A stretch of 57,915 bases of DNA from a virus (taxonomy: Duplodnaviria > Caudoviricetes), in the IMG/VR virus record IMGVR_UViG_3300008459_000050, positions 1 to 57,915 of that record, one strand, 5' to 3'. The position numbers were made by a program, and so were the translations under genes. Within the stretch, counting starts at the first letter, position 1. Each line of letters begins with the position of its first letter. The notes beneath the pieces are model-generated. The model saw nothing but the letters and a program-made list of their open reading frames with translations, was not told the origin of the DNA and did not search any database. Shown here one piece after another: positions 26,783-38,000 of the stretch.

Positions 26783-27688
26783 TTATATATCTAGTTTTAA
26801 TTTAAAAGTAAAGTCTCTACTTTCTGTTTTTCTTACTGGTTTAGCTAATTTTGCAACACCTATTAAATTTTTATGTTCATCATATATACCTATTTTACTA
26901 ATATAGGTTTGTTTCTCTAAACTACCAGTAAAGTTATCGTATGGATACTTTGTTATGTTTTTAATCTCCAAGTATTCAGGCTCTTTATAGAAATTAGAAC
27001 CAGATGAAACAGAATATTTTACTGAATCACTATATTTTACATAAGTTGGATTATTAGAATGGTTTAATTCCCCTTTTTCAGCATGTGTAAGCATTGTTAA
27101 GGTTGGAATATAACTTGTTCCATTAAATTTTAAATCATAATTTACTTTATCGTTTATCTCTTCCTCAGAACTTGTCCCATACTGACACCATTTTAAATTG
27201 CTTTCATGTTCCAAACTACCAGTTAATAATATAAATCCATGATTATATAGAACAACACCAGCTACGGAACCTGAGTGCGAGCCAGTTACTTCTTTTAGGG
27301 AGCCATTAAAATCAATATCTTGAAGTTTTGCAACAACAGAACCAGTATAATTTAATGTTAATTCTACTGATCCTTTCTGTATCGAAGAACCAAAAAAAAT
27401 AGATGGTATAGAAATAAGTGTTAATTCAGCATTACTTACATATTCTTCTTTAAATTTATAATCTGGGTTATTTACTGAATAATAATTTAAAGTATTTCTA
27501 AGTGCCTGTAATTTTTTTCTATCTCCAGTACTAGAATCGTAATATTTTATATCTATTGAACTTGATAAAGGTAATTGAAGTTTTAGTTCATTATTTGGAT
27601 TAAATTTATTTTTAAATATATTCTCTAATGTCGGCGTTCCAAATAATTCTCCGTATGTTGAGTATATGTAATAATCAGGATTTGACAT
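26783..27688 (-). CDS. Virion structural (tail/baseplate) protein
   Basis: NHSNNPTY...YISKIGIYD...GVAKLAKP...KLKLDI; paralog of 27917-29071. Confidence 0.7.
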   Translation of the reverse strand: MSNPDYYIYSTYGELFGTPTLENIFKNKFNPNNELKLQLPLSSSIDIKYYDSSTGDRKKLQALRNTLNYYSVNNPDYKFKEEYVSNAELTLISIPSIFFGSSIQKGSVELTLNYTGSVVAKLQDIDFNGSLKEVTGSHSGSVAGVVLYNHGFILLTGSLEHESNLKWCQYGTSSEEEINDKVNYDLKFNGTSYIPTLTMLTHAEKGELNHSNNPTYVKYSDSVKYSVSSGSNFYKEPEYLEIKNITKYPYDNFTGSLEKQTYISKIGIYDEHKNLIGVAKLAKPVRKTESRDFTFKLKLDI

Positions 27689-27900
27689 TATAATAGTGGT
27701 AAATATTGTGTTGTTGAAAATGCAAAATTTAAAGATGTTATAAAATTATCTGTTTCTGGTATTTTTAAACCATCTTGATATTTTACACTATCTTCAATAG
27801 AATTATTTATATACACTCTGCCGTTATAAATTTTAAATTCATAATGCGGATGAGTTTCTAGAGTATTTTTAAATATATCATTTTCTTCAAATTCTTTCAT
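27688..27900 (-). CDS. Small hypothetical protein
   Basis: 70 aa, GAGG SD, TAATG coupling to the next gene. Confidence 0.65.
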   Translation of the reverse strand: MKEFEENDIFKNTLETHPHYEFKIYNGRVYINNSIEDSVKYQDGLKIPETDNFITSLNFAFSTTQYLPLL

Positions 27901-27916
27901 CCAAACAACCTCTGTA

Positions 27917-29071
27917 TTAGAAATCTAATCTTGTTCTAAGAATAAGTTCTGTTTGTGGATCTTTGCGAATAGGCTCAGAAAGCTTGGCAACAGCTAGCAA
28001 TTCATTGTCTGGTGAGTATAGACCAACTGTTGTTATATAAGAAACTGGGGCATCTGCTTGAGTGTTTTTTACATATATCTGACTTCCGCTTAGATATGTC
28101 GGATTAGAGCTATAATTAAATTCATTGTGATTAATACGACAGAAATAAATTGATGAATTTAACTCAGTTGTATTTTGGAATGTTATATTTTTAATATGAT
28201 CTCTGAATGCTTTGTTGATATCGTCAACCGTGCCAGATGCAAATAATTGTGCTTCATTCCAAGGAGAACCGTTATTTGGATCATCAAAATAGACTGCTTG
28301 AGTTGGAAGCGCTAACTGACCTTGAGTAGATAATTGAACTGATCCGGTTGGATTAAATGTAGTATCATACTTTGCAAATATATTTGTAGATAATGCAACA
28401 ACGCCAGCTTGATAGAAAATTAAACCAACTTCTTTGTTTGCTTGTGCAGTCGCTAAGGGATCATTATCGCCATTTTTTGCATATAAAATACCATATTCGC
28501 CAACTGGTGAATTAATAAAATTATTTGTTGAACCACTTGCGTCAACAATTTTAATAGTATCTGTAAATACAGTTGGTCCGCTTTCTACAGCACCAGTTAC
28601 ACCAACTTCAATTTCAAATGTACCTTTTTTAATTTCATCCTTAACAAGTAATCTATTGAAATTTAGGAAATACATATGGTAGAACTTATCTGATGTAGAA
28701 CCACCGGCTTGATCACCATCTCTATCAAATGTATAGATAGACCCAGTAGAATCATATCCAAGAAGCACTTGTGCCATTTGGTTGTATGTATTTACTTTTT
28801 TGTTATACTCTTCTGTGTCTGTTGAATTAAACCAAGGAGCAGCAAACTTAGGTGATATACCAACCGTCATATCAAAAAGTTGATTAGCTGATGAGCTTTG
28901 CCAAGGATAATCATAAACACTTTGAAACATTCCATGTGTATATGATTTAATATTGCTGCCATTATACACAGAACTGGAGACAATGCTTCCGGTGATTGGA
29001 ATATTTTCATGCAATAGTGTTCTTGTTGAAACAACGTCGTTATCTAAAAAGCTTTTATATGTTGTAGCCAT
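27917..29071 (-). CDS. Virion structural (tail/baseplate) protein
   Basis: FNYSSNPTY...YITTVGLY...LLAVAKLSEP...RLDF. Confidence 0.72.
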   Translation of the reverse strand: MATTYKSFLDNDVVSTRTLLHENIPITGSIVSSSVYNGSNIKSYTHGMFQSVYDYPWQSSSANQLFDMTVGISPKFAAPWFNSTDTEEYNKKVNTYNQMAQVLLGYDSTGSIYTFDRDGDQAGGSTSDKFYHMYFLNFNRLLVKDEIKKGTFEIEVGVTGAVESGPTVFTDTIKIVDASGSTNNFINSPVGEYGILYAKNGDNDPLATAQANKEVGLIFYQAGVVALSTNIFAKYDTTFNPTGSVQLSTQGQLALPTQAVYFDDPNNGSPWNEAQLFASGTVDDINKAFRDHIKNITFQNTTELNSSIYFCRINHNEFNYSSNPTYLSGSQIYVKNTQADAPVSYITTVGLYSPDNELLAVAKLSEPIRKDPQTELILRTRLDF

Positions 29072-29095
29072 GTTTATGTTAGCCTCTTTCTAATT

Positions 29096-29995
29096 TTATG
29101 ATACTTTCTTTACTATAGCGATTGGAATATCTAGTGAATAACCGGTCGTTAAACCAGTTACGCGAACAGTTGTAGAGATTTTTTTACAAGAAATTGAATT
29201 TATAGTAGTTGGTTTGCCTAGTTTATCAAATAGATAGTCGTTCGCAGTTAGATTTGATGTTCCGCGGGCAATAGAAAATGTAAATCTTGTTCCTCTACTA
29301 CCAAGTAATATAGAATTTTTGGTATCATTACTATTGCCGCCACCAATATCTGTAATCATGTCATTGCTATCATTTAATGAAAAATAATAAGCTGCCATAT
29401 AGTCATCATCAACATAAGAATATTGCTTTGCTACACCAGTATGATCAGCGATAGAAGCAAACCTTGAATCAAATTCAACTAAATATTGTGTTTCTTTTAA
29501 ATCAGTTTTAATAGGATTATTTGGATTTTCAGCTACGTTATCAATCCCTTGATCTATAACGATAGTTCCTGGAGCATCGGTAGCATCTGCGTTGATTAAC
29601 CCAGTTGTATCATTAAAAATACCTGCTGTGTTTTGACCAACTATCACAACAAATCCATTTTGAACAACATCAGTGGAAGGATTATATTGAGTAATATTTG
29701 TATTAACTTTCATTACTGGCATATATAGTAGATCGTTTCTTGTTATGGAAACAAGTCTGCTATTTAGTGATGATAGGTTGTTTGTAAAAGCTTCAAATAC
29801 TGGTGTTGTCCTGATATTACTATCGGCCTGTGCACTTGGACTGTTTTTATCATATAGACGATAGTTAATTTCATCGTCCCCAAGAGCGAACTTAGTTATA
29901 CGAAAAGAACCGTCGCCTTTTGCAAGACGCATTCTACCTGTATCGGTAAGTACTGCATCAAGAATTATATCACCACTGTTATCTAAAAATGCCAT
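29096..29995 (-). CDS. Virion structural protein
   Basis: LDAVLTDTGR..LAKG...ITKFALGDDEINY; AGGAG SD. Confidence 0.72.
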   Translation of the reverse strand: MAFLDNSGDIILDAVLTDTGRMRLAKGDGSFRITKFALGDDEINYRLYDKNSPSAQADSNIRTTPVFEAFTNNLSSLNSRLVSITRNDLLYMPVMKVNTNITQYNPSTDVVQNGFVVIVGQNTAGIFNDTTGLINADATDAPGTIVIDQGIDNVAENPNNPIKTDLKETQYLVEFDSRFASIADHTGVAKQYSYVDDDYMAAYYFSLNDSNDMITDIGGGNSNDTKNSILLGSRGTRFTFSIARGTSNLTANDYLFDKLGKPTTINSISCKKISTTVRVTGLTTGYSLDIPIAIVKKVS

Positions 29996-30037
29996 TTAAA
30001 CAATCTCCTAGCTTGTATTTATGTTTTAATTAGTCTG

Positions 30038-31555
30038 TTATGTAGAATTATCAACATTTAAAACAAAATTAATATCCATCTTTTTGCCAGATGATTTAGA
30101 TGTTAATCTTATTTTTATTTTTTTACCCCAAACCGCATTCTCGTCTGGGCCTGGATTTATGTCGCTGATTGAGTCAGGTGGATTAATTTCATTAACTAAC
30201 GTATTAATTAACGATGGTTTGATTGATAAAAATCTTTTTAATTTTTTAGTTGGAATAAGAGAAGATGACTTTGTTTCCATATCATATATTCTAACCAATG
30301 GATATATCGCTCCACCATCATTTATCATTTCAAACTGAAATATTTCTGTTGGAGGTGAAACATTGTCGTGATTATCCACACATCTAAATGAATAATAATA
30401 TTTTTTGTTTTGTTTGATGTTTGTATCTTCGTAGCTCCATGAGGAACCTACGTCTTCTGTGTTTTTAAGTAAATTATGTTCTTTTATTATATCTTCATAC
30501 TTAGTCGGAGCTAATTCACTTTTAAATATTTGAAATTTTGATGCTGGTTCGTCGCTTTGATAGGTTAATTTATCGTCATCTCTCTCTTGAGCTTGTTTTA
30601 GATCTTCAAAATGTCTTCCTTCCCCATCTAAATAAGGATGAGCTAATAAATCTTTTCTACCAATACCAGTATTTAAAAATATTCTTACTTTGTCTGAAAT
30701 ACCTGCATATGGTACGAATTCTATATTTGGCTCAACAGGAGGATAATCAAGAATTTTATTGCCAAGGAAATATTGAAATGATTCTTCGTCCACATAGCAA
30801 CTAAAAATAGAATCATTTATTGAAATAATTTTTTGTAACTTATAATTATATAATTGACCATATTTTACTTGTGTATCAATTATATTAATATCTTCCGATG
30901 ATGTTTCTTTTATGTTTGGTATGTACCAAGTTTGTATTGCTTCGCCAGTTGTATTTGAAGTATTATATTTAGTTAAAATATAGCCAATTATTTCCTCATA
31001 ATTATTATTGTTATTTTTATTATATATAGGATAACCGTTTAAAGAGTTATATAATTTTGTATAATTTGCATATTGATCGTAACTGTCTAGATTAGTATTT
31101 CTTATCTTATCTAAAGATATAGGACTATTATTTTTTATCTGTTCAAACAATTCATTATATAAATTTAAATTAGTTAAATATTCTGTTATATATTTTTCTG
31201 TGGTATCAACAGTTTTAAAACTTATTTGACAATAAAATGGAAAACTATATTTATAAGAATAATAATTATTACCTACATTAATTATTGGTTGTGTAGTATC
31301 ATAATTTGCAAACAATTCTAATTTAGTTTCATCGTCAAATATCCCAGAAACTTCTTCATTATTAACATTCTCAACAACCAAATTATCGATAACATCATAA
31401 AAATTAGGTAATTGTAATTCTGATATATTATTACGAGAGCAATATTCCTCATAAAACTTAGAATAATAATTATAATTATAGGTTACTCTGAAGCTATATT
31501 CTCCATCATTACCAGTTTCATTCTTTTTTCTAGCTATATACTTTACATTACTCAT
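30038..31555 (-). CDS. Putative baseplate protein with FN3-like domains
   Basis: DTQVKYGQLYNY and DTNIKQNKKYYYSFRCVD...S. Confidence 0.6.
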   Translation of the reverse strand: MSNVKYIARKKNETGNDGEYSFRVTYNYNYYSKFYEEYCSRNNISELQLPNFYDVIDNLVVENVNNEEVSGIFDDETKLELFANYDTTQPIINVGNNYYSYKYSFPFYCQISFKTVDTTEKYITEYLTNLNLYNELFEQIKNNSPISLDKIRNTNLDSYDQYANYTKLYNSLNGYPIYNKNNNNNYEEIIGYILTKYNTSNTTGEAIQTWYIPNIKETSSEDINIIDTQVKYGQLYNYKLQKIISINDSIFSCYVDEESFQYFLGNKILDYPPVEPNIEFVPYAGISDKVRIFLNTGIGRKDLLAHPYLDGEGRHFEDLKQAQERDDDKLTYQSDEPASKFQIFKSELAPTKYEDIIKEHNLLKNTEDVGSSWSYEDTNIKQNKKYYYSFRCVDNHDNVSPPTEIFQFEMINDGGAIYPLVRIYDMETKSSSLIPTKKLKRFLSIKPSLINTLVNEINPPDSISDINPGPDENAVWGKKIKIRLTSKSSGKKMDINFVLNVDNST

Positions 31556-34125
31556 TAAGTTATTCTCATGCCACTTGGAATATTTGTTGCACCAGCTAGA
31601 TTACTAAAGTTATTTTGCATCTGTGGTACCTGTGGAACGCTTGCTTGCATTACATTTGCTGCCGCAGAAGCAACATCTGGTGCTGGTTGACTTATTCCAA
31701 TATTTTCTTGTACAGTTCCTTGCAAATTTTCGTTTATTAACATAAAATACTTATCATATATTGGCAGTTTTATTTCTTCATACGAATCTATTTGTAGATT
31801 TGTATCATTATAAGCTACCACTCTACACAACACGTTTCTATAAGTTAATTTATTGATATCTAGTGGCACCCATAAGTTTTTTATTGGATCTTGCAAATAT
31901 TCTATTTTATGTATTGTATTAAATAATAACAAAAATTTTGAATTTAGTTTAATATCGGTAAAGAAATTTGTTGAATTAAATATTTTTGTTTCGTTTTTGT
32001 AAAGTGCTGCAACTTGAAAAGGAGTACTGGCTAGTACTAGATTATCAAAAAATTTAAATTGTAGAACAGAAGGAAAGTCTTTATGTTTAACTTTCTTCAT
32101 CATCGATAACAGCAAATAATTTGGAATAATAGCTGTATTTTTTTGTGATTCGCTTGGCGTACCATATTCATATATATTAGTTTTTGTATCTAGTGGATTA
32201 CTTAAATTTTGTATATGTGATGAAAAGAAAGAAAATGTATCATTATTTACAACTTTTGTATTAAAATTTTGTTTTGTTTGTATTGGTGATAGATTTATAT
32301 CAAACGAAGATTCGTCTCTGGAACTTAACTTATTGTATGTTCTTATATCAGTTTCTATATCAACATAATCATCTTCATTGACTCTATCTAAATTACTTAA
32401 ATTAATTTTTGTGTTCAGACAAGAAACTTCGAGTGGTGCAAGATAATTTTCAACATTATTTGTGACTGTTTCGTTTTTTAAAAATCTTTTCTTTTCTTCA
32501 GATATTCTTTGTTTTAAATAATTTGTGTTTGTATAATACATTCCTTGTTGTGATTTTCTATCAAGGAATGAATAACCGATACTGGGGCGTTCTGATGTAT
32601 CTACACCGTTTTTATATCCGAACCACTTTTCTACTTCAATAATATTATTTGCGTTATTTTTTAATATCTGATTTATTGCAGTTATTGCCTGATCATATAA
32701 ATTTATAAAATAAAGCAATGTATCAGATGATGCAGTAAATCTGCTGATTAAATTATCTATACATATATTAAATTGCGGTGTTATCTTTTTTAGTAGTCCA
32801 AATAGTTTTAACGTATCGATAAATGTACTATATGCTCTCTTTAAGTCGCTGCTAATTGTTCTATAGACAGGCAAAAAAGAGTCTTTAAATTTATTCAATG
32901 TATTATCATAATATTCTGGAATTTCTGTATAGCTAAAATATTGTTTAAATATGTTTAAATTAGCTATAAATGCATCTCTTTTGTTGTCTAAAAAAGTGTA
33001 AAGTCCGTCGTTTATTTTTAATTGAATGCCATATTCGTATATCGTATTGTTATTAAAAAATGCAGTTTTATCTACAAACATAAAAGTTCGTTTATCTTCA
33101 AACTTAGGATATTCAGCAATATAAAATGCTTGTGTATTTTTTGTCTGTAAAGAGCCTAAAATATCAACTGTATCACCAATACTTTCAACACTTGAATTTT
33201 TAAGTTTTGGCTTTTTGTTCTTTAAATAGGAATTTTCATATTCTCGTCTTACAAATTTAATAGAAGATATACTTGAATTTGTTATTAAATTAGAAAATTC
33301 TGTATTTTCCGATAGAAGGTTGGCATAGAAAGATTCATTTTTTACTAAATTATTATAATCTAAATAAAACAACAAATTTGCATTACTAAAATTATCTCTT
33401 GAATAGAAAAGTTTTGAAAAAAAAGCTTTTTTTATATTTTGTTGTACTTTAGCAAACTTTTTTTGCTCTACGTTAAAATCAAGATAATTAAAAACTTCAT
33501 TCATAGCTTTTTTATTATCAAAAACAGAACCAGCCACCCTTAAATCTACTAAACTTTGATTACCTATAATATCTTCTATTTGTAAATAAGAACAATATAT
33601 TTCTTGATTTAATACTTCAGGGGAAATTTTTAGCTCTTCTGCAATCTTTAGATGATCTATAAATGTTATAATGCCAACTTTTAAATAATCATTTATATCT
33701 TGTTGATCTATATTAAAAGTCACATCATAAATTAAATTTAAATCTTTCCCAGATACATGTGATTCTTTATTCTTATCACCCTTGTAGTCTACTGCTGGAT
33801 ATATATCGATATAGTTTATAGAATTATCTTGTAGAATCTTGTTGCATTCGGTTATTGTTTGAACAATTTTTAACTGTTCCTCAACTGCACCTGAAAATAT
33901 TGGAAATGTTCTAGTTATTAATTTATCTTTATATTTTGAATCAAATATTTTTGGATTATTTGCATCATCTTTGAACAAGATAGAAAATTTAACAATATTA
34001 TCACCAACATTAGTTCCTGGAATATACTCACCGGATGATTTTAAGGTAAGATTCTGTATTTCTGCCTTTAAAAATGAATTTTTTATTTGTTCTATTTGTT
34101 GTGATGTTAATTCAAACATTAGCAA
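31555..34125 (-). CDS. Hypothetical structural protein
   Basis: 856-aa ORF coupled to both neighbours. Confidence 0.65.
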   Translation of the reverse strand: MLMFELTSQQIEQIKNSFLKAEIQNLTLKSSGEYIPGTNVGDNIVKFSILFKDDANNPKIFDSKYKDKLITRTFPIFSGAVEEQLKIVQTITECNKILQDNSINYIDIYPAVDYKGDKNKESHVSGKDLNLIYDVTFNIDQQDINDYLKVGIITFIDHLKIAEELKISPEVLNQEIYCSYLQIEDIIGNQSLVDLRVAGSVFDNKKAMNEVFNYLDFNVEQKKFAKVQQNIKKAFFSKLFYSRDNFSNANLLFYLDYNNLVKNESFYANLLSENTEFSNLITNSSISSIKFVRREYENSYLKNKKPKLKNSSVESIGDTVDILGSLQTKNTQAFYIAEYPKFEDKRTFMFVDKTAFFNNNTIYEYGIQLKINDGLYTFLDNKRDAFIANLNIFKQYFSYTEIPEYYDNTLNKFKDSFLPVYRTISSDLKRAYSTFIDTLKLFGLLKKITPQFNICIDNLISRFTASSDTLLYFINLYDQAITAINQILKNNANNIIEVEKWFGYKNGVDTSERPSIGYSFLDRKSQQGMYYTNTNYLKQRISEEKKRFLKNETVTNNVENYLAPLEVSCLNTKINLSNLDRVNEDDYVDIETDIRTYNKLSSRDESSFDINLSPIQTKQNFNTKVVNNDTFSFFSSHIQNLSNPLDTKTNIYEYGTPSESQKNTAIIPNYLLLSMMKKVKHKDFPSVLQFKFFDNLVLASTPFQVAALYKNETKIFNSTNFFTDIKLNSKFLLLFNTIHKIEYLQDPIKNLWVPLDINKLTYRNVLCRVVAYNDTNLQIDSYEEIKLPIYDKYFMLINENLQGTVQENIGISQPAPDVASAAANVMQASVPQVPQMQNNFSNLAGATNIPSGMRIT

Positions 34126-35051
34126 TCTTTCCCGAATGGACCATCATCTAGGTTAATATTTGTTTCGTATATTCCGCTTGTTATGTTCTTTTTCTTTTCA
34201 TCTGGAAGATCAACGATTTCTTCATCAACTGTTATGTTTAAGTAATATTCAACGTTTCTTATAGTTGGTTCTAATTCGTCAGGAAACTCTGGGTTGTCTA
34301 ACAGTATCTTATTTTTAATAACTTTTGGTTTATCAAAGAAAAAAAGTTGTCTTAGTTCTTTTTTTGATGTATTATTTATTTGTATATCTTCTTCAATAAA
34401 CACCTCTATATCAAAGTTTTCTTTTTCATCCGATGTATTATTTTCTGATATTTCAAGTAAAAATTGGCAATCTTTTTGGGATGAAACAACAATATCATCG
34501 CCAAACATTGCATATACTTCTTCGTCTTCTCCTAAATTATCTATATCCTTAATGGTTTTTAGAGTAAATATACCATCGTTTAAGTTAATTTGAGGGTGTT
34601 TAAGTAATTGATGAATAGATCCTGTGCCTTGATTAGTAAATTGACTTGTTGTATTTGTGTTGATATAACCATTTAATACTTGTAGATTCCAAGATGGTGC
34701 GTATTTTGAAGATAAGTCAGATGTACCAAGTTCGTTAATTAAAGCAAAGTTATCATTTCCTATTATTTGACTCTCTGCGATTGATGAACTTAATTGATTA
34801 GCGAAATCTTTTGGTGCGTCTTTTTTACCTCCATAGTTATATTGTGCTTTAGAGTATGGAGTTTCGTCTAAAATTCTAGTTTGTGAAGCATTTTGCGATT
34901 CTGTTATAGCTGTATAATGTGTATCATATAGGATATCACCATCGTAAAAAGCGTAATATTTTGGCTTAAATTTGCCTTTTGATAGCAAATATCTCCCGTA
35001 ATGTGTTAGTTGTATGTCTAATACTTCCTGTTTGCTATCAAAAAACGACAT
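34119..35051 (-). CDS. Virion structural protein
   Basis: LDIQLTHYGR.LLSKG...YYAFYDGDILY; N-terminus resembles 29096-29995. Confidence 0.68.
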   Translation of the reverse strand: MSFFDSKQEVLDIQLTHYGRYLLSKGKFKPKYYAFYDGDILYDTHYTAITESQNASQTRILDETPYSKAQYNYGGKKDAPKDFANQLSSSIAESQIIGNDNFALINELGTSDLSSKYAPSWNLQVLNGYINTNTTSQFTNQGTGSIHQLLKHPQINLNDGIFTLKTIKDIDNLGEDEEVYAMFGDDIVVSSQKDCQFLLEISENNTSDEKENFDIEVFIEEDIQINNTSKKELRQLFFFDKPKVIKNKILLDNPEFPDELEPTIRNVEYYLNITVDEEIVDLPDEKKKNITSGIYETNINLDDGPFGKDC

Positions 35052-35059
35052 TTAATTTC

Positions 35060-38000
35060 CTATTCGTATAGTGATGGAGTATATTTCTCTGTCTCTACCG
35101 TCTTATTTACTTCCAAACCTGCCTCTACATTAATTAGCTCAACAAGTGAAAAATTATCATAAGGCCAGTTATATGAAAATTCTGGAACTACATCTTGACC
35201 TTTGATCTTAAATTTAAATCTTTCATCGTCCTTAGAATCGGCAGTTAGTTTATAGTAGTTAATATTTGCACGTTTCTTGACCTTGAAAATCTTAAATTTT
35301 ATATCTTCTGGTAATTTCTTTCCGTGGAAGAACTCATCTTCTGTAAAGTTATGAGAGATCGTTTCTTCTTCCTCTTCAACTTTTTTAGATAATTCTGGCA
35401 TGACGCCTTGCCAAATATCAGAAAGATCTTTTTGAGTTAGTTCGCTCTTAAATTCAAAGAAATACATAACAAACGGATTAATATCTCTATTCCTTAACCA
35501 GTCAAGATGTGGTGGAAGTACATAATTTGCCATACCTTTCATAGTTTTAACAATGCTATTATTTAGTTTGTCACCTAGGTTAGAGTTTAATATCGATAAA
35601 ATTTGGTCTGTTGTTATTTTATTTGAGAACTGTATATTTAAAAGTTTTTCTATTGTATTTTTTTGAACATCAAAGAAATAACCAGGCTCATTAGAGAACT
35701 TATTTTTTAAGGTTTGAGCTTTAGACCTTAATTCAGATTTTGTCCATCGATTATATCTATTTTTTTGCTGGGTATATGGAATAACTATAATACCTTCCGA
35801 TATTTCCTTCTTGGATGCTATTTTGCCAATAGTTTTCTTTTCATCTTTCTGGAATCCGCACATCTTAATAAGTGAATCGCCTACAGTATTTTCTTGTAGA
35901 TACATTTTAATACGTGGTGAACTATCGCTTACTGGTTTATCACTATATGTTGTCCACAGACCTTTATATGAAACATCAACTAATGCATCTATAGCATCAA
36001 AATCATACGTGCTTTCTGTTCTGATAAAGGCACCTATATTTTTTGGTTTATTTGGTATATCAATATTAGCAAAATTTATACTTGGAGTTTCAAATTTTGT
36101 TTGAATTACCCATGAATATGTAGTAGATGCGTCTCTATCGTTTATTTCTAAAGGTGTATTATTTAAAGCGTTATATGTAACTCTTTTATTTTCTGTCTTT
36201 AACATCAAATTAACACTAGATGATAAAGTCATCATTTGTTGATATGCTGGTGAATTTTTATAGTTTTCTAAATAATTAACGCCATAATATTTTAAATTAA
36301 GTGGATAAACTTCATCTTGTACAGTATAATAACTATCATACAGATCTATTTGCAAAGGAGGTGGTAGATCAAATCTTTGTGAAACTATAAAAGTTGTTGT
36401 AGTTGTAGTTCCTAAGAAACCAGATCTAGCTTTAAATAAAGCCTCTGCGTCTTCATTTATGTACTCTATTTGTAATTTATTAAATATTTCATCAAGTGTA
36501 TATTTTCTTGTATCATCAGCAGTAAATTTTAGTCTAGCTATTGATTTACCATAGTAATACGGTGGAACATATGGAGCATAAGCTGGGGAGTCATATAGTT
36601 TTGATATTCCTGAGTAATAACTCACACTAAATTTACTATTATTTAAATCTAAGTTATCAAAAAACCTAACTGGAGGACCGTAAATAGAATCTGTTCCGGG
36701 TAATGTTAAATAAGACCCAGTATACAATGAATCTATACTTCTAATGTTATCAAAATACTTATTAAAAACAAATTCACGATATTCTTTATCGCGTTCCAAT
36801 ACAATATCCATCGAATAAGTTGTGCCTGATACAGCTACATCAAATGCCCAGTCTTCTCTGGAAACAAAGTTTGATAAATTATTTTCTAAGAAGAAATTAG
36901 GTATCTCAGCAAGAAAATTATGCATACCTAATTTGTAATTTGGTTTATCGAAAGTAAAAGATTTAATGTTATTTTTTGTAGATAAGTTATATGAAGGAAG
37001 TGCTAGTGAGTTTCTATCACTACCAGATATAACATCTGTAGAATAATATGTTGGGTTTAGATAAAATAAATTAGACGATGTTGTTTGTAGAGAACTTGGT
37101 ACAATTGTGTCAAATTCAATAAGTGATTCAAATGGGAATCTATAATTCAAAGAGCTTGAGATATGAACTGCACCAGTATAATTTGTAGGTAAATTATCAG
37201 CTGTGTTATATCCTTTAATGTGTCCATAGAATGCAGGGAGTGAAGATGAACCTAGACCATAACTTGCAGATATAGAACTTGTTATAATAACCGGGAAATC
37301 AACAGCTATAGAAGATTTAATAGTGTTAAGTAATACTCCTGGCGCAAATAATGGCTGAGTAATAGTTAACACCTGTTGATCTATAGGTGTTCCGTTTGAA
37401 GTAGCGCAATCATATTTTTTACCAGCTATAATAGATGATGTTGATTGAGCTACAAAATCTTTATTTAAATTAACAAATGAATTAACAAACTCTGATCCTA
37501 GTTCAGTCACTTTTTCACTTGGATAAAATCCTCTATATGGTAATAATTTTTTCAACGCTGACACTTTTAAATTTAACTTAACATTTTCTTGTTTTGCTTT
37601 TATTTCATCTAAATTAAATTTAAAAATAGTATTTGTGTTAATAAAAGAATTATTAATATCTTTATATTCGTAATTTAATCCGCCGTCTAGATTTAAATAG
37701 GATGAAGATAGCTGACTATTAAAACCATTATTTATATAATGATTCATAAAATTATTAATTGTAAATTCTGGAACTAATGAATATTGTAATGATTGTTCTT
37801 TTAAACCAAAATTAAATTCTTCGTATGAATTAAAAAATGGTGTATTATTAGAAGTTTTATCTAAATCATATTCATATCCATTGTTTATAAAATAAAGAAG
37901 ATTAGAAATATAAGAATTTCCAAAATAATTATTAACTACGCCATTATTGCTAGTTTCGTCAGGGTAACTCAAACCATTTACAGAAAGCGAACCACTGTTA

